From assembly GCA_022394775.1 (NCBI GenBank), contig JAGFCB010000030.1, forward strand, positions 18,852 to 82,851: a stretch of 64,000 nucleotides of DNA. The letters run 5' to 3'. Source of the DNA: Candidatus Poribacteria bacterium (GTDB lineage Bacteria; Poribacteria; WGA-4E; WGA-3G). Positions 44,221 through 54,065 of this stretch are shown piece by piece. Both the position numbers and the translations under genes were made by a program. Under the pieces are notes generated by a model that was not told the DNA's origin, made no database searches, and saw only the letters and a program-made list of their open reading frames with translations. Each line of letters opens with the position of its first letter. The stretch's first letter is position 1.

Positions 44221-46251
44221 ATGTTCACTGCCAATTTTGAAAAACCTGCTCACCTAATTTTTTCCGCGCTGTTTTTTGGATTAACAAGTTTGGTTGCGGT
44301 TTTCGCTGAAGAGAGTCCCCCCCCTGTAGAATTGGAAAAGATTGTTGTGACACCGGGGCGTTTTACGATTTATGAGGGTGCATCAGCCAGAATTTCCCTA
44401 TCTAAGCAGGAGATTGAACGTTTTCCGTTGATTGATAATGATGTGATGCGCGCGGGGCATGTTTTTCCGGGTGTGCTCTCAAGCGACTATAGTGCGCGAT
44501 TCAGTGTGCGAGGCGGTGAGAAAGACGATATTTCGGTTAGATTGGATGGCATGGAACTCTATAATCCATATCACCTTCAGGATTTCGGCGGTGCTGTTTC
44601 ACTCATTGGACTCGAACTTATTCAAGACACACAGTTGTTGATGGGTGGATTCCCTGCTGAATATGGAGAAAAGATGTCTGGTGTTTTCGACATCCAGACG
44701 AGATCTCCAAATACCGAAGAATTCTCGGCGAATTTTGGAATAGACCTCATTAACGCGACAGCTACTTTTGAGGGGCCGCTCTCTGAAAAGGGTGGATGGC
44801 TCTTATCAGCTCGCCGCGGGTATATTGATCTGATTCTCGCCCTCATGGATATTGATGAAAATTATAATCCTCAGTACGCTGATGTCTATGGTAAATTTAT
44901 ATATCAAGTTACATCTGAAGATACCGTTACGTTTAATGGACTGTACGGGTGGGATAAGAATCGAATTCGGGTAGATGATGTAGATAATAATTTGGATTCA
45001 CGGTATGGCAATTCAACAGCGTGGGCAAAGTGGCGGCGGACATTTGGCAAATCACATTGGACCGATTTCTTCGTTTTCGCTGGAACGTCGAACCAAGATA
45101 GAATGACAGGGAAAGCCGATTTTGATAATCGAGATTTCCGGTTCTTGGGGTCAAAGGCAGAGTTCACAGCTCACCTTTTTGATAAACATACATTCCGCGG
45201 TGGTGTTAGGTGGCAATGGTCAACTGCCCAATATCAATACGATGTTCAGGAACGACAAGCAGGTGTAAACATTTATAAATCTATCCTTGCGGATGTTGAC
45301 GATAGCGGAAATGAATTCACTGCTTTTCTGCAAGATGAATGGCAACTCCATTCCCGACTCGCCCTGAATGTCGGGGGACGTTATGTCTACCAACTGTATC
45401 GTGAAGAAGGTATCCAGCGTTATGAAATAGGACCGAGAATTGCGCTTGCGATAAAACCGACAGACCACCTCGTGCTACGAAGTGCTTGGGGCATTTATCA
45501 CCAACCGGTTAGTTTGATGGGAATTCCGGTAGAGGACGGTATTGAAACAGTAGGTAGCGCGGAGAAAGCAGTGCACTACATTATTGGTGCTGAATATACA
45601 CCTGCCGATAATTTCTTGATGCGTGTAGAGGGCTACTACAATACATTTGATAATCTTGTTGGACGCCTTCGTGAATTTGGGCGGCAGAATCAAGTATTCG
45701 CCCCACCCGAATCTGGGAATGCAAGGGGGCTTGATGTATTCATGACCCATGCAGTCTCAGGGCGTTTAACATGGACAGTCGGCTACGCTTACGGCGTTGC
45801 TAAAGAGATCACTGGTGGCACAAATATTTTCCGCCAGTATGACCGACGGCACTCCTTTGCTATTAGCAGTAACTATCGGTTCGCCCCGATGTGGCATCTC
45901 TATCTCAGTTGGCGTTTCCACACCGGTGAACCGAGAACACCACTTATTCACACGGAAGTCCGGGGACCGAATGGCAGTGTTATCGCTTGTGACCGGCAAT
46001 TCGGGGATGTTCACTCCGCGCGGATGCCTGCATATCATAGTCTCGATTTTCGTATTACAAAGCGAAACTCTTATCGGCGGTGGGAGCTGTCGTGGTACTT
46101 CCAAATTTTGAACTTATATAACCGTAAGAATTTGGATCAGTATGCCTTTAGTGAAGTAGTCAATGAAGAAACTGGTGCCATTGAGTGCACGGTTGAGGAA
46201 GAACCCCTATTTCCAGTCGTTCCGACCTTAGGTGTTACAATGAGTTTCTAA
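44221..46251 (+). CDS. TonB-dependent outer-membrane receptor
   Basis: Signal peptide, a plug region (VVTPGRFTIYE..., RGGEKDDISVRLDGMELYNPYH), a long beta-barrel and a terminal ...LGVTMSF. Confidence 0.85.
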   Translation: MFTANFEKPAHLIFSALFFGLTSLVAVFAEESPPPVELEKIVVTPGRFTIYEGASARISLSKQEIERFPLIDNDVMRAGHVFPGVLSSDYSARFSVRGGEKDDISVRLDGMELYNPYHLQDFGGAVSLIGLELIQDTQLLMGGFPAEYGEKMSGVFDIQTRSPNTEEFSANFGIDLINATATFEGPLSEKGGWLLSARRGYIDLILALMDIDENYNPQYADVYGKFIYQVTSEDTVTFNGLYGWDKNRIRVDDVDNNLDSRYGNSTAWAKWRRTFGKSHWTDFFVFAGTSNQDRMTGKADFDNRDFRFLGSKAEFTAHLFDKHTFRGGVRWQWSTAQYQYDVQERQAGVNIYKSILADVDDSGNEFTAFLQDEWQLHSRLALNVGGRYVYQLYREEGIQRYEIGPRIALAIKPTDHLVLRSAWGIYHQPVSLMGIPVEDGIETVGSAEKAVHYIIGAEYTPADNFLMRVEGYYNTFDNLVGRLREFGRQNQVFAPPESGNARGLDVFMTHAVSGRLTWTVGYAYGVAKEITGGTNIFRQYDRRHSFAISSNYRFAPMWHLYLSWRFHTGEPRTPLIHTEVRGPNGSVIACDRQFGDVHSARMPAYHSLDFRITKRNSYRRWELSWYFQILNLYNRKNLDQYAFSEVVNEETGAIECTVEEEPLFPVVPTLGVTMSF

Positions 46252-46375
46252 CGACGCGCAATTACTTTTCTATAAGAGCAACTTGTACTTGTCCTTTCCG
46301 TGTGAAGCTGTGTTCGCAAATCCCAACTATTTTTTCAAGTTTCATAATCCTCATTGATTTACGAGAAAATAAAAG

Positions 46376-46819
46376 ATGTTCAAGTATATAAGAAAAATCC
46401 TAAAAAAGATACGGCAGCGGTATATAAGGAATTTGCAGGGACGGAATTTACCGAAGGCTGCCCCAAGCGTGTCGGAAGCGATTCTTCCGTTGGACGCGGA
46501 CACGTACACGATTACGCCGAACCAACTCAAAGAGATGATGGACGAAGATAAGTCGTTTGTTTTACTGGATGTGCGAGAGAAATGGGAGTATGAAATGGTT
46601 CACCTTGAAGGCGCGATATTGATCCCTTTGGGTGAGCTGCCGAAACGGTTTAGAGAAGTTACGCCAGCGGTTGAGATTATCGTGTATTGCCACTGGGGGA
46701 TGCGAAGTCTTGACGCGGCATTTCTTTTACAACAACTCGGTTTTAAATCGGTGAAGAGTTTAGTTGGTGGTATTGATCGGTGGGCGCAGGAAATTGATAC
46801 AGGGATCCTTCGGTATTAG
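46376..46819 (+). CDS. rhodanese-domain sulfurtransferase
   Basis: FVLLDVREKWEYEMVHLEGAILIP, active-site loop YCHWGMRS, and GGIDRW. Confidence 0.85.
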   Translation: MFKYIRKILKKIRQRYIRNLQGRNLPKAAPSVSEAILPLDADTYTITPNQLKEMMDEDKSFVLLDVREKWEYEMVHLEGAILIPLGELPKRFREVTPAVEIIVYCHWGMRSLDAAFLLQQLGFKSVKSLVGGIDRWAQEIDTGILRY

Positions 46820-46827
46820 TTCAGAGC

Positions 46828-46890
46828 AGTAATTTGTGTTCTTTAAACCCCCTAAATCCCCCTTATCAGGGGGACTTTAATGAGAAATAT
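46828..46890. repeat. GC-hairpin repeat module (copy 2 of the AAACCCCCTAA-TCCCCCTTATCAGGGGGACTTTAA element)
   Basis: Near-identical to 17008-17072, with the core hairpin TCCCCC-TTATCA-GGGGGA. Confidence 0.8.
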
Positions 46891-46896
46891 TTCCGG

Positions 46897-48288
46897 CTAC
46901 GGTTCGGTTTTGAAATCTTGGCTCTGGAGTTCATATTTCTGCATCCGATGTTGAAGTTTACGGCGCGAAATGCCGAGCAGTTTCGCAGCTTGAATCTGGT
47001 TCCCGTTGCTTTTTGTCAGCGCACTGCACACATATTCCTTAATAATATCATCAAGCGAAACCCCTTCCTCTGGGATATCGAATTCAACGTCGCTTGTTGG
47101 CAGCGATGTATCTACAATCTCCGGCGGTAATTCGTCTTTATCTATCACCTCATTTTCCGAAAGTACAAAGATCCGGCGCAGGTAATTTTCTAATTGCCGA
47201 ATATTGCCGGGCCATTGATAACGTCGAAGGGCAGACATCGCTTGTGGCGTAACCTGCTTTGGTAAGGCTTCCGTGTATTCGCTGCTGAATTTTTGGATGA
47301 GGAAATTCACGAGCAGTGGGATATCTTCTGGATGTTCCCGGAGCGGTGGTACGTGAAGTGGAATCACATTCAGCCGAAAATAGAGATCGTCTCGGAATGC
47401 TCCATCTCGAACAGCCTGAATGAGATCCTTGTTTGTAGCGGCAATTACACAAACATCAACTTTAATGCTCCGGGTGCCGCCAACTCGGCGTATCTCACGT
47501 TCTTCGAGGACTTGCAAGAGTTTGCTTTGTGTCTGTGTCGGCAGGTCTCCAATCTCATCAAGAAAGAGTATCCCTTCGTTTGCGACTTCAAAGAGCCCTT
47601 TCTTTTGCTGCGAAGCATCTGTGAATGCTCCTTTTTCGTGCCCAAAGAGTTCACTTTCAATTAAAGTATCAGGAATCGCGCCACAGTTAACAGCGATGAA
47701 AGGTTTATCTTTTCTAAGTCCGTGTTCATGGAGTGCGCGTGCAACCAAACTTTTTCCAGACCCTGTTTCCCCAGTGATGAGTACTTGCGTGACACCCCGG
47801 TGCAAGATCCGAGCCATCTTTTTGAAAAGCTCCTGCATCTGCTCACTATCACCTACAATTTCATCAATCTGAATTTCAGGGGTAGGATCATCGGTTTCGC
47901 TTTCAGGTTCTCCGAGTGCGCCGCGCGTCTGGAGGGCATGCTTTACTTCTCGTTTTAGTACATCAATCTGAATCGGTTTTTCGAGGTAGTAGAACGCGCC
48001 TTCGTGTGCCACCAGATTGACAGCATCATTCAATTCTGCATAGGCTGTCATGATAAGGACAGGCAGATCTGGGTCGGTCCGCTTTATTTCTCGAAGTAGA
48101 TCCCGACCTTCAAATCGCGAAGACATCCACATGTCGCTAATAACGAGATCGAACATCTGGTTCTCTAAACTTTCGAGTGCGGCGGTGCTGTCTTCAACAC
48201 TTTCAACCGTATATCCCTCACGTTTTAAAATGCGCTGTAAAATCGTCAGTTGTGCTTGGTCGTCGTCTACAATCAGTATTGATGCCAT
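46897..48288 (-). CDS. sigma54-dependent response regulator (NtrC family bacterial enhancer-binding protein)
   Basis: Receiver domain (ILIVDDD...DLVISDMWM). AAA+ domain with GETGSGKS and the sigma54-contact loop GHEKGAFTDA. C-terminal Fis-type HTH AAKLLGISRRKL. Start at MASILIV. Confidence 0.9.
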   Translation of the reverse strand: MASILIVDDDQAQLTILQRILKREGYTVESVEDSTAALESLENQMFDLVISDMWMSSRFEGRDLLREIKRTDPDLPVLIMTAYAELNDAVNLVAHEGAFYYLEKPIQIDVLKREVKHALQTRGALGEPESETDDPTPEIQIDEIVGDSEQMQELFKKMARILHRGVTQVLITGETGSGKSLVARALHEHGLRKDKPFIAVNCGAIPDTLIESELFGHEKGAFTDASQQKKGLFEVANEGILFLDEIGDLPTQTQSKLLQVLEEREIRRVGGTRSIKVDVCVIAATNKDLIQAVRDGAFRDDLYFRLNVIPLHVPPLREHPEDIPLLVNFLIQKFSSEYTEALPKQVTPQAMSALRRYQWPGNIRQLENYLRRIFVLSENEVIDKDELPPEIVDTSLPTSDVEFDIPEEGVSLDDIIKEYVCSALTKSNGNQIQAAKLLGISRRKLQHRMQKYELQSQDFKTEP

Positions 48289-48325
48289 CGTCTCGGTTCT
48301 CCTTATTTTCCAAAAGTTTATAGAA

Positions 48326-48390
48326 CAGGACTTACGCAGTTTTCCATGATAACGGACGTATGACACCCTGCAGAGGGCTGCGTAAGTCCT
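48326..48390. mobile_element. MITE/REP-like element, AGGACTTACGCA family (copy 3) between the kinase and regulator genes
   Basis: CAGGACTTACGCA at 48326-48338 and TGCGTAAGTCCT at 48379-48390 form perfect 12-bp inverted ends. The interior is the reverse complement of part of copy 2. Confidence 0.75.
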
Positions 48391-50080
48391 ATAGAAGTTT
48401 ATCGTCATTCAGTGGAAAGCTGATTTTAAAAGCGGTTCCCATTCCCATTTGACTTCTGACTTCAATCTTGCCTTTATGCGCCGTAATGATCTGGTGTGAA
48501 ACTGCAAGCCCGAGTCCTATGCCCCCGGTAGCATCTTTCGTCGTAAAATACGCGTCGTAAATCTGTTCCTGAATTTCTTCAGGGATGCCGATGCCGGTGT
48601 CTCTAACTTCGATGACTGCCTGCTCTGTTTTTCGATCGACTTCCTCAAGTAAGGTAGTAATGTAGATGCTGCCGCCCTTGGGCATAGCTTGGATGCTGTT
48701 TTGCACAAAGTTGAAAAGGGTCTGTCGTACTAAGGCTGCATCTAATGGAACATCCGGCAGATTTTCATCATAATTTTTGATGACCTGTACCTTAGCTTCT
48801 TCAGTAATGAGAGCGAATTCCACTAATACCTGATCTACAAGGACCTTAAGGTTTACGGGTTCTCTATTTAATTTTCTGGGTCGATTTAGCGTGAGGAACT
48901 CTTCTGAAATTTCTTTCAATTCCTCTATTTTGTTGTCAACGATTTCTAAAAGTTCTTTTGCCTCTTCAATATCATCGGAACTCACCTTTGGTTGTGAGAA
49001 TACAGACTTTAGGTATTGAGCAGTCATCCCGATGGAGTTAAGAGGGTTCCGAATTTCGTGTGCGATCCCCGCGGCGAATTGTCCTAAGGCGTCAATCCGT
49101 TTTGAGTGAGCATCTCGCAATTGCCAGAGCATCCGGACGAGATTATGGGTCGCCTTTCCGATTTCATCCGAAGAGTAATCCTGCTCAAGGGATAGATTGT
49201 CGGTTTCCGCGCTCTGAATAATACGCGTCATGCGTTCTAACGGTCTCATAATCAAGTGATTTGTCGTCAGATCAATCAGAATTACGAGGAGTGCCCCAAC
49301 AATCACGATAAGTATCGCGTGCATAAGCAAAGCGGATCGGATTGATTTGTCAATATCTGGCACATTAAAAAGCACTTGAATATATCCGACCTGTGTTTTT
49401 TGGATCGATAACGTATCATTCTCCTTCCATAAGGTATAGAGATTCACGCGTTCCTTATCCGTGATCCACCATCGCTGTCCTTTTTCTTGGACTGTTACGA
49501 TGGCATCCATGACATAGATATTTTGTGCGACAAGGATTTTCCAGAGCGGAAAAGGAATACTACCATTGTTCAAAGTGGTTTCGTAATCAACATCAGGCGG
49601 TTCTATTTGTTTAGGTGTTGCCAAGGAAACAAGATATTTAATAACAATAGCAGTTGCATTCTGCCCTTCTACTGTGTCTACAGTTGCCCCTTTCGTCTCA
49701 ATTTGTGCCAGATCTGATGCATCGAGATTAATGTTAGCAGTATCTTCTCGGGACAACAAGCTGGAGCGAATACGCGTATCATCCAAGGAAACATGAATAT
49801 CTAACACATCTTGCATATCAGGGCGCTCTCGCTTGAGTTCATCAAGTACCCTATCGAGCTGAGCGGCATCAAATACTTTTGACGTTTCGAGTTCAGTCAC
49901 AACAGCACGGAGTATGGTGTTTTCAGCCATTTTTTTTAGTTCAGCCCCTCGCTCAGCCCCCAAAGCGTGGAGGGCATTCATCTCGCGCCGTACTCGGAGA
50001 CTATCAAAAAAGTAAAACGCCACGAGGATTGCTATGACAGAAAGGTTGATAACAAGGGAATACTTCCATTGGAGTCGCAT
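48389..50080 (-). CDS. sensor histidine kinase (TM, extracytoplasmic domain, HAMP, HisKA, HATPase)
   Basis: H-box AHEIRNPLNSI, N-box FNFVQNSIQA, and G-boxes RDTGIGI and GGIGLGLAVS. Confidence 0.9.
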   Translation of the reverse strand: MRLQWKYSLVINLSVIAILVAFYFFDSLRVRREMNALHALGAERGAELKKMAENTILRAVVTELETSKVFDAAQLDRVLDELKRERPDMQDVLDIHVSLDDTRIRSSLLSREDTANINLDASDLAQIETKGATVDTVEGQNATAIVIKYLVSLATPKQIEPPDVDYETTLNNGSIPFPLWKILVAQNIYVMDAIVTVQEKGQRWWITDKERVNLYTLWKENDTLSIQKTQVGYIQVLFNVPDIDKSIRSALLMHAILIVIVGALLVILIDLTTNHLIMRPLERMTRIIQSAETDNLSLEQDYSSDEIGKATHNLVRMLWQLRDAHSKRIDALGQFAAGIAHEIRNPLNSIGMTAQYLKSVFSQPKVSSDDIEEAKELLEIVDNKIEELKEISEEFLTLNRPRKLNREPVNLKVLVDQVLVEFALITEEAKVQVIKNYDENLPDVPLDAALVRQTLFNFVQNSIQAMPKGGSIYITTLLEEVDRKTEQAVIEVRDTGIGIPEEIQEQIYDAYFTTKDATGGIGLGLAVSHQIITAHKGKIEVRSQMGMGTAFKISFPLNDDKLL

Positions 50081-50081
50081 T

Positions 50082-51623
50082 TTAACTCATAACCCGCTGC
50101 ACTGCTTTTTTCCACTGCGCGAGTTTCAGATTCCGTTGGTTTGTGTCAATTTGCGGTGAAAAGACGCGAGCTGCAGAAACTTCGTCTTCAGATGTGGCTT
50201 GTGCAGATCGATATGCTTCCAGTTCAGCAACGTCATTCCAGATTCCGGTTGTCATACCTGCGAGGTAGGCAGCACCGAGTCCAGTGGACTCAATTTGTGC
50301 TGGACGTTCTACATCTATCCCCAGAATATCGGCTTGGAATTGCATAAGAAAATCATTAGTGGTTGCGCCACCGTCAACACGCAAACGATCAATTGCTATC
50401 TCTGCATCTGTTAACATCGCAGTGACGACATCAGCAGATTGATAAGCGATTGACTCCAAGGTGGCACGGACAATCTGTGCGCGGGTACTCCCTCGCGTTA
50501 ATCCAAGGATAGCACCGCGCGCCTCTGCATCCCAATAAGGTGCGCCAAGTCCAGTAAACGCAGGCACAACCATAACTCCCCCTGCGTCTGGAATACCGGC
50601 GGCGATTTCTTGCGTTTCCATAGCTGTCTCAATAATCTGAACACCGTCTCGCAGCCATTGGATAGCAGCACCGGCAACAAATACGCTGCCTTCCAACGCG
50701 TAAACAGGGTTTTCGTCTAAACTACAAGCAAGTGTTGTCAGAAGGCCTGTCTCGGTCTCGATTTTTTCTTGACCCGTATTTAGCATGAGGAAACAACCTG
50801 TCCCGTAGGTATTTTTCGCCATGCCGGGTTTGGTGCACAATTGCCCAAAAAGGGCTGCTTGCTGATCGCCTGCGATACCAGCGATTGGTATTCCATCGAG
50901 GCAAATATTTTTCCCAAAAGTTTCGAGCCAAAAATTGCGGTAGAAACTCGCTGTCCCGAAGTTGTTCGCTGAAGGGTAGACTTCAGGCAATATAGCTCTT
51001 GGAACGTTGAAGGTTTCCAAAAGCGTATCATCCCATGAGAGGGTGTTGATATTAAAGAGCAGCGTGCGCGATGCGTTTGTATAGTCGGTTTTATGTACAG
51101 CACCATCGGTTAATTTCCACAGGAGCCACGTATCCACAGTTCCAAAGGCGAGTTCGCCGCGTTCGGCTTGTTGCCGTGCCCCGCTAACGTTATCCAGGAT
51201 CCACGCTACCTTTGTCGCGGAAAAATAGGCATCTAAAACAAGCCCTGTCTTTGTCTTTACCTCTTTGGCAACGCCCTGCTTCTCAAGCGCAGTACACATA
51301 TCTGCTGTCCGCCGACACTGCCATACAATTGCCGGGTAGATCGGTTCTCCTGTTTGCCGATCCCAGACGAGAGTTGTTTCGCGTTGATTGGTGATTCCGA
51401 GTGCTATAATGTTTGGTGCTTTATCTCCAAAAAGTGCATCTATTGCTTGTAGTGTAGCGTTCCAAATCTCATCTGGATTGTGTTCTACCCACCCTGGATG
51501 TGGGTAATATTGCGTGAATTCTTGGTATCCTCGCGCAACGGTGTTGCCTTGTAAGTCAACGAGAAGCGTAGTAGTCCCTGTTGTCCCTTGGTCAATCGCG
51601 AGGATACAAGCGGTATTCGACAT
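50082..51623 (-). CDS. glpK: glycerol kinase
   Basis: ILAIDQGTTGTT, ITNQRETTLVWD and FGTVDTWLLWKLT...HKTDYTNASRTLLFNI match the canonical GlpK pattern. Start at MSNTAC. Confidence 0.92.
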   Translation of the reverse strand: MSNTACILAIDQGTTGTTTLLVDLQGNTVARGYQEFTQYYPHPGWVEHNPDEIWNATLQAIDALFGDKAPNIIALGITNQRETTLVWDRQTGEPIYPAIVWQCRRTADMCTALEKQGVAKEVKTKTGLVLDAYFSATKVAWILDNVSGARQQAERGELAFGTVDTWLLWKLTDGAVHKTDYTNASRTLLFNINTLSWDDTLLETFNVPRAILPEVYPSANNFGTASFYRNFWLETFGKNICLDGIPIAGIAGDQQAALFGQLCTKPGMAKNTYGTGCFLMLNTGQEKIETETGLLTTLACSLDENPVYALEGSVFVAGAAIQWLRDGVQIIETAMETQEIAAGIPDAGGVMVVPAFTGLGAPYWDAEARGAILGLTRGSTRAQIVRATLESIAYQSADVVTAMLTDAEIAIDRLRVDGGATTNDFLMQFQADILGIDVERPAQIESTGLGAAYLAGMTTGIWNDVAELEAYRSAQATSEDEVSAARVFSPQIDTNQRNLKLAQWKKAVQRVMS

Positions 51624-51738
51624 ACTGTGGATATGACTCCTATTCGTTTTATTTAAGGATAACATGGATTAAAAAAAAATATCAATTGAAAATCAGGGCT
51701 TGGCTAACGAAAAGATTTGAAATTGTTATCAATTCAGG

Positions 51739-51768
51739 TTGACATCAGATGCATCAGGCTGCTATAAT
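51739..51768 (+). promoter_or_regulatory. sigma70-type promoter (TTGACA-18-TATAAT)
   Basis: TTGACA at 51739-51744 and TATAAT at 51763-51768, upstream of the S55-like peptidase gene. Confidence 0.6.
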
Positions 51769-52027
51769 ATCCTATTATGTCTTGACAGTATTGAACAATG
51801 CTAATTACATAGAGTCGTTTCCGTTTTCCTTGCGTATACTAACAAATTTGCCACCTTTTAATTGGAAGAATTAAGGCTCGTAGATCACAGTTATTGAGCG
51901 AAATTTGAGATTTGAAAAAAGGCTACAGGTAAAAAACTGGATGGCTCTATATCTCAATCAATGTACAATTGAGATTATTATAGCGAACATAAAACAGGTT
52001 TCTGATAGTTCAGAGAGGAGTGACGTT

Positions 52028-53914
52028 GTGAAAAAGGTTTGGCTTTGCGCGTTGATAGTGTTTTGCTTGGCTACATATCACAGCCATGCGCAAATTAAGT
52101 GGGACGCTGAGAAGTTTATGCCGTTGTCCGATGTGGAACCGGGTATGACGGGAAAAGGCTACACAGTATTTTCAGGAATAACGGTGGAACCCTTTGATTT
52201 TGAAGTTGTGAGTATTGAATACAACTATTACCCAGGCTGGCATGTGGTATGGTGTGAAGGCCTCAGCGACAACTTTAAACGTACCGGTCCTGCAGGTGGT
52301 ATGAGTGGTAGCCCGATATATATTGATGGACGGCTTATGGGTGCCCTCTCGCTTGGGTTTATTAATCAGCGTGCCCATTCCAATCTTTTTGGTGTTACAC
52401 CGATTGAATTGATGGTTAAAGTGGCACAACGTGGGATGGAACCCAATTTAGCCTACCAAGGTACCCAACTCTTTAACCTTGGCACTGCAGCTGCATCGCA
52501 GGAATCTGGTTTGGATATGGGACCGTCCCTACTTCGGGATGGTAAAGTTGCAGAGATCCCTCGCAATTTTGATCAAGTATGGTTTAACAGCATTTCCGAT
52601 TCACCCTCCCGCACGAGACCTGCCCAGTTGTCTATACCTATGGCGCACCCGCCGCTGAGTCCTGAACTTATGAAGTTTGTCAAGCCGGTTTTTGACAAAT
52701 ACAATTATACACCGGTTCAGGCTGCAGGTGGAGGCGGTCGGATTAAAAAATCACCCGTTGAGGAGGGACAAATCATCGGGACGGAAGCCGTACGTGGTGA
52801 CATTTCGCTTTTTGGGTATGGGACGATTACTTATGTCGATGGGAATGAGTTAGTTGCTTATGGACATCCTGCTGGTGCAGCGGAAGGCCACGTCAATTTG
52901 CCCCTTTCTGGTGGCTATGTCCATTTTATTTATCCGAGCCGATCCCGTTCGTCCAAAATCGCGGCACCGACACAACCGATCGGCACCTTAGTCCAAAACC
53001 GAGAGCCTGCAATCGCGGGTCTTATTGGAAAGCACCCCAGTTATATTCCAGTCAATCTCAGTGTCCAAACGACTAATGGGAAACAGCACGCAAGGTCCTA
53101 TGAGGTGATAAGGGACCGTGGAATATCGGGTATCTATGTGGGAATAGGAACCTCCCTCATCCTTGACGCGCTTGAGTTCTATTTCCACGACCACACGGTC
53201 AATATGAACGCGACTGTCACCTTGAAAGAACATCCGGATCTAAAAACCCAAGAATTGACGTATAAAAACGTTTTTTCCTCCGGCGGTTCACCAGCGTTTG
53301 GTATTATGCAAACGTTAGCTCTCCCCATGTCGATGTTGGATAATAATCCTTACACAAGGGTCCAGGTCGAGGGCGTTGCGCTTGACATAAAAGTTGAAGA
53401 TAAACGGCGCACAGCGAGGGTTCAAAGCCTACAAGTAGATAAACTCCGCTATCGCCCGGGTGATACTGTTGCTGTAGAAGTAACTTTGCAGCCCTACCTC
53501 GAAGCACCGATAGTCCAGACGGCAACGATTACAATTCCGAACGATGCCCCAGATGGACTTGTTATGCTCCTCGCTTCCAACGGAGGTTTTTACGAATCCT
53601 GGCAGCGTTCCCGCGCGCCTTTCAATTTTCGATACAAAGACATCAACCAGTTAGTAGAACTTTTGAAACGCGGGGAAAACAATTCCGACATTATTCTTGC
53701 GCTGTCTGTGCCCCAACCGGGTCTCACCGTTCAGGGTCAAGAATTCTCGAATTTGCCACCCTCAGTCATGTCTGTAATGAATACCGCCAAACAGGTGGTC
53801 GGTAATACGGGATACACTTCAGGGACAGCCTTACACGTTGACAAGATGTCCACAGATTATGTTGTCTCCGGTAGTGGGATTATTCGTTTTGTTATTGATA
53901 GGAATGCCGAGTAG
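52028..53914 (+). CDS. secreted SpoIVB-type (S55-like) serine peptidase domain protein
   Basis: GGMSGSPIYIDGRLMGALS resembles the S55 catalytic-serine segment. The GTG at 52028 follows GAGGAG and yields the signal peptide VKKVWLCALIVFCLATYHSHA. Confidence 0.65.
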   Translation: MKKVWLCALIVFCLATYHSHAQIKWDAEKFMPLSDVEPGMTGKGYTVFSGITVEPFDFEVVSIEYNYYPGWHVVWCEGLSDNFKRTGPAGGMSGSPIYIDGRLMGALSLGFINQRAHSNLFGVTPIELMVKVAQRGMEPNLAYQGTQLFNLGTAAASQESGLDMGPSLLRDGKVAEIPRNFDQVWFNSISDSPSRTRPAQLSIPMAHPPLSPELMKFVKPVFDKYNYTPVQAAGGGGRIKKSPVEEGQIIGTEAVRGDISLFGYGTITYVDGNELVAYGHPAGAAEGHVNLPLSGGYVHFIYPSRSRSSKIAAPTQPIGTLVQNREPAIAGLIGKHPSYIPVNLSVQTTNGKQHARSYEVIRDRGISGIYVGIGTSLILDALEFYFHDHTVNMNATVTLKEHPDLKTQELTYKNVFSSGGSPAFGIMQTLALPMSMLDNNPYTRVQVEGVALDIKVEDKRRTARVQSLQVDKLRYRPGDTVAVEVTLQPYLEAPIVQTATITIPNDAPDGLVMLLASNGGFYESWQRSRAPFNFRYKDINQLVELLKRGENNSDIILALSVPQPGLTVQGQEFSNLPPSVMSVMNTAKQVVGNTGYTSGTALHVDKMSTDYVVSGSGIIRFVIDRNAE

Positions 53915-54065
53915 CAAATAAACCGCTCCTTACAATAACCGGATGGGATAGCGTCCGTAGATCCAATCCTGTATTTCGGTGAATGCTAAATCAAAATTCA
54001 TAAATTTGGCGACTTGCACGTAATTTTAAGTTCCGCCTAAACAACCCTATAGGAGGGTATTTTCA

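Noticed and set aside
46834-47130. 98-aa plus-strand ORF beginning ...LNPLNPPYQGDFN
   Set aside because: Its first part is just the translation of the GC-hairpin repeat module, and the remainder is antisense to the 3' end of the sigma54 regulator gene.
51838-51855. Possible sigma54 promoter upstream of glpK (minus strand: GGTGGCAAATTTGTTAGT)
   Set aside because: It has the -24 TGGCA, but the -12 element is AG instead of the invariant GC at the required spacing.
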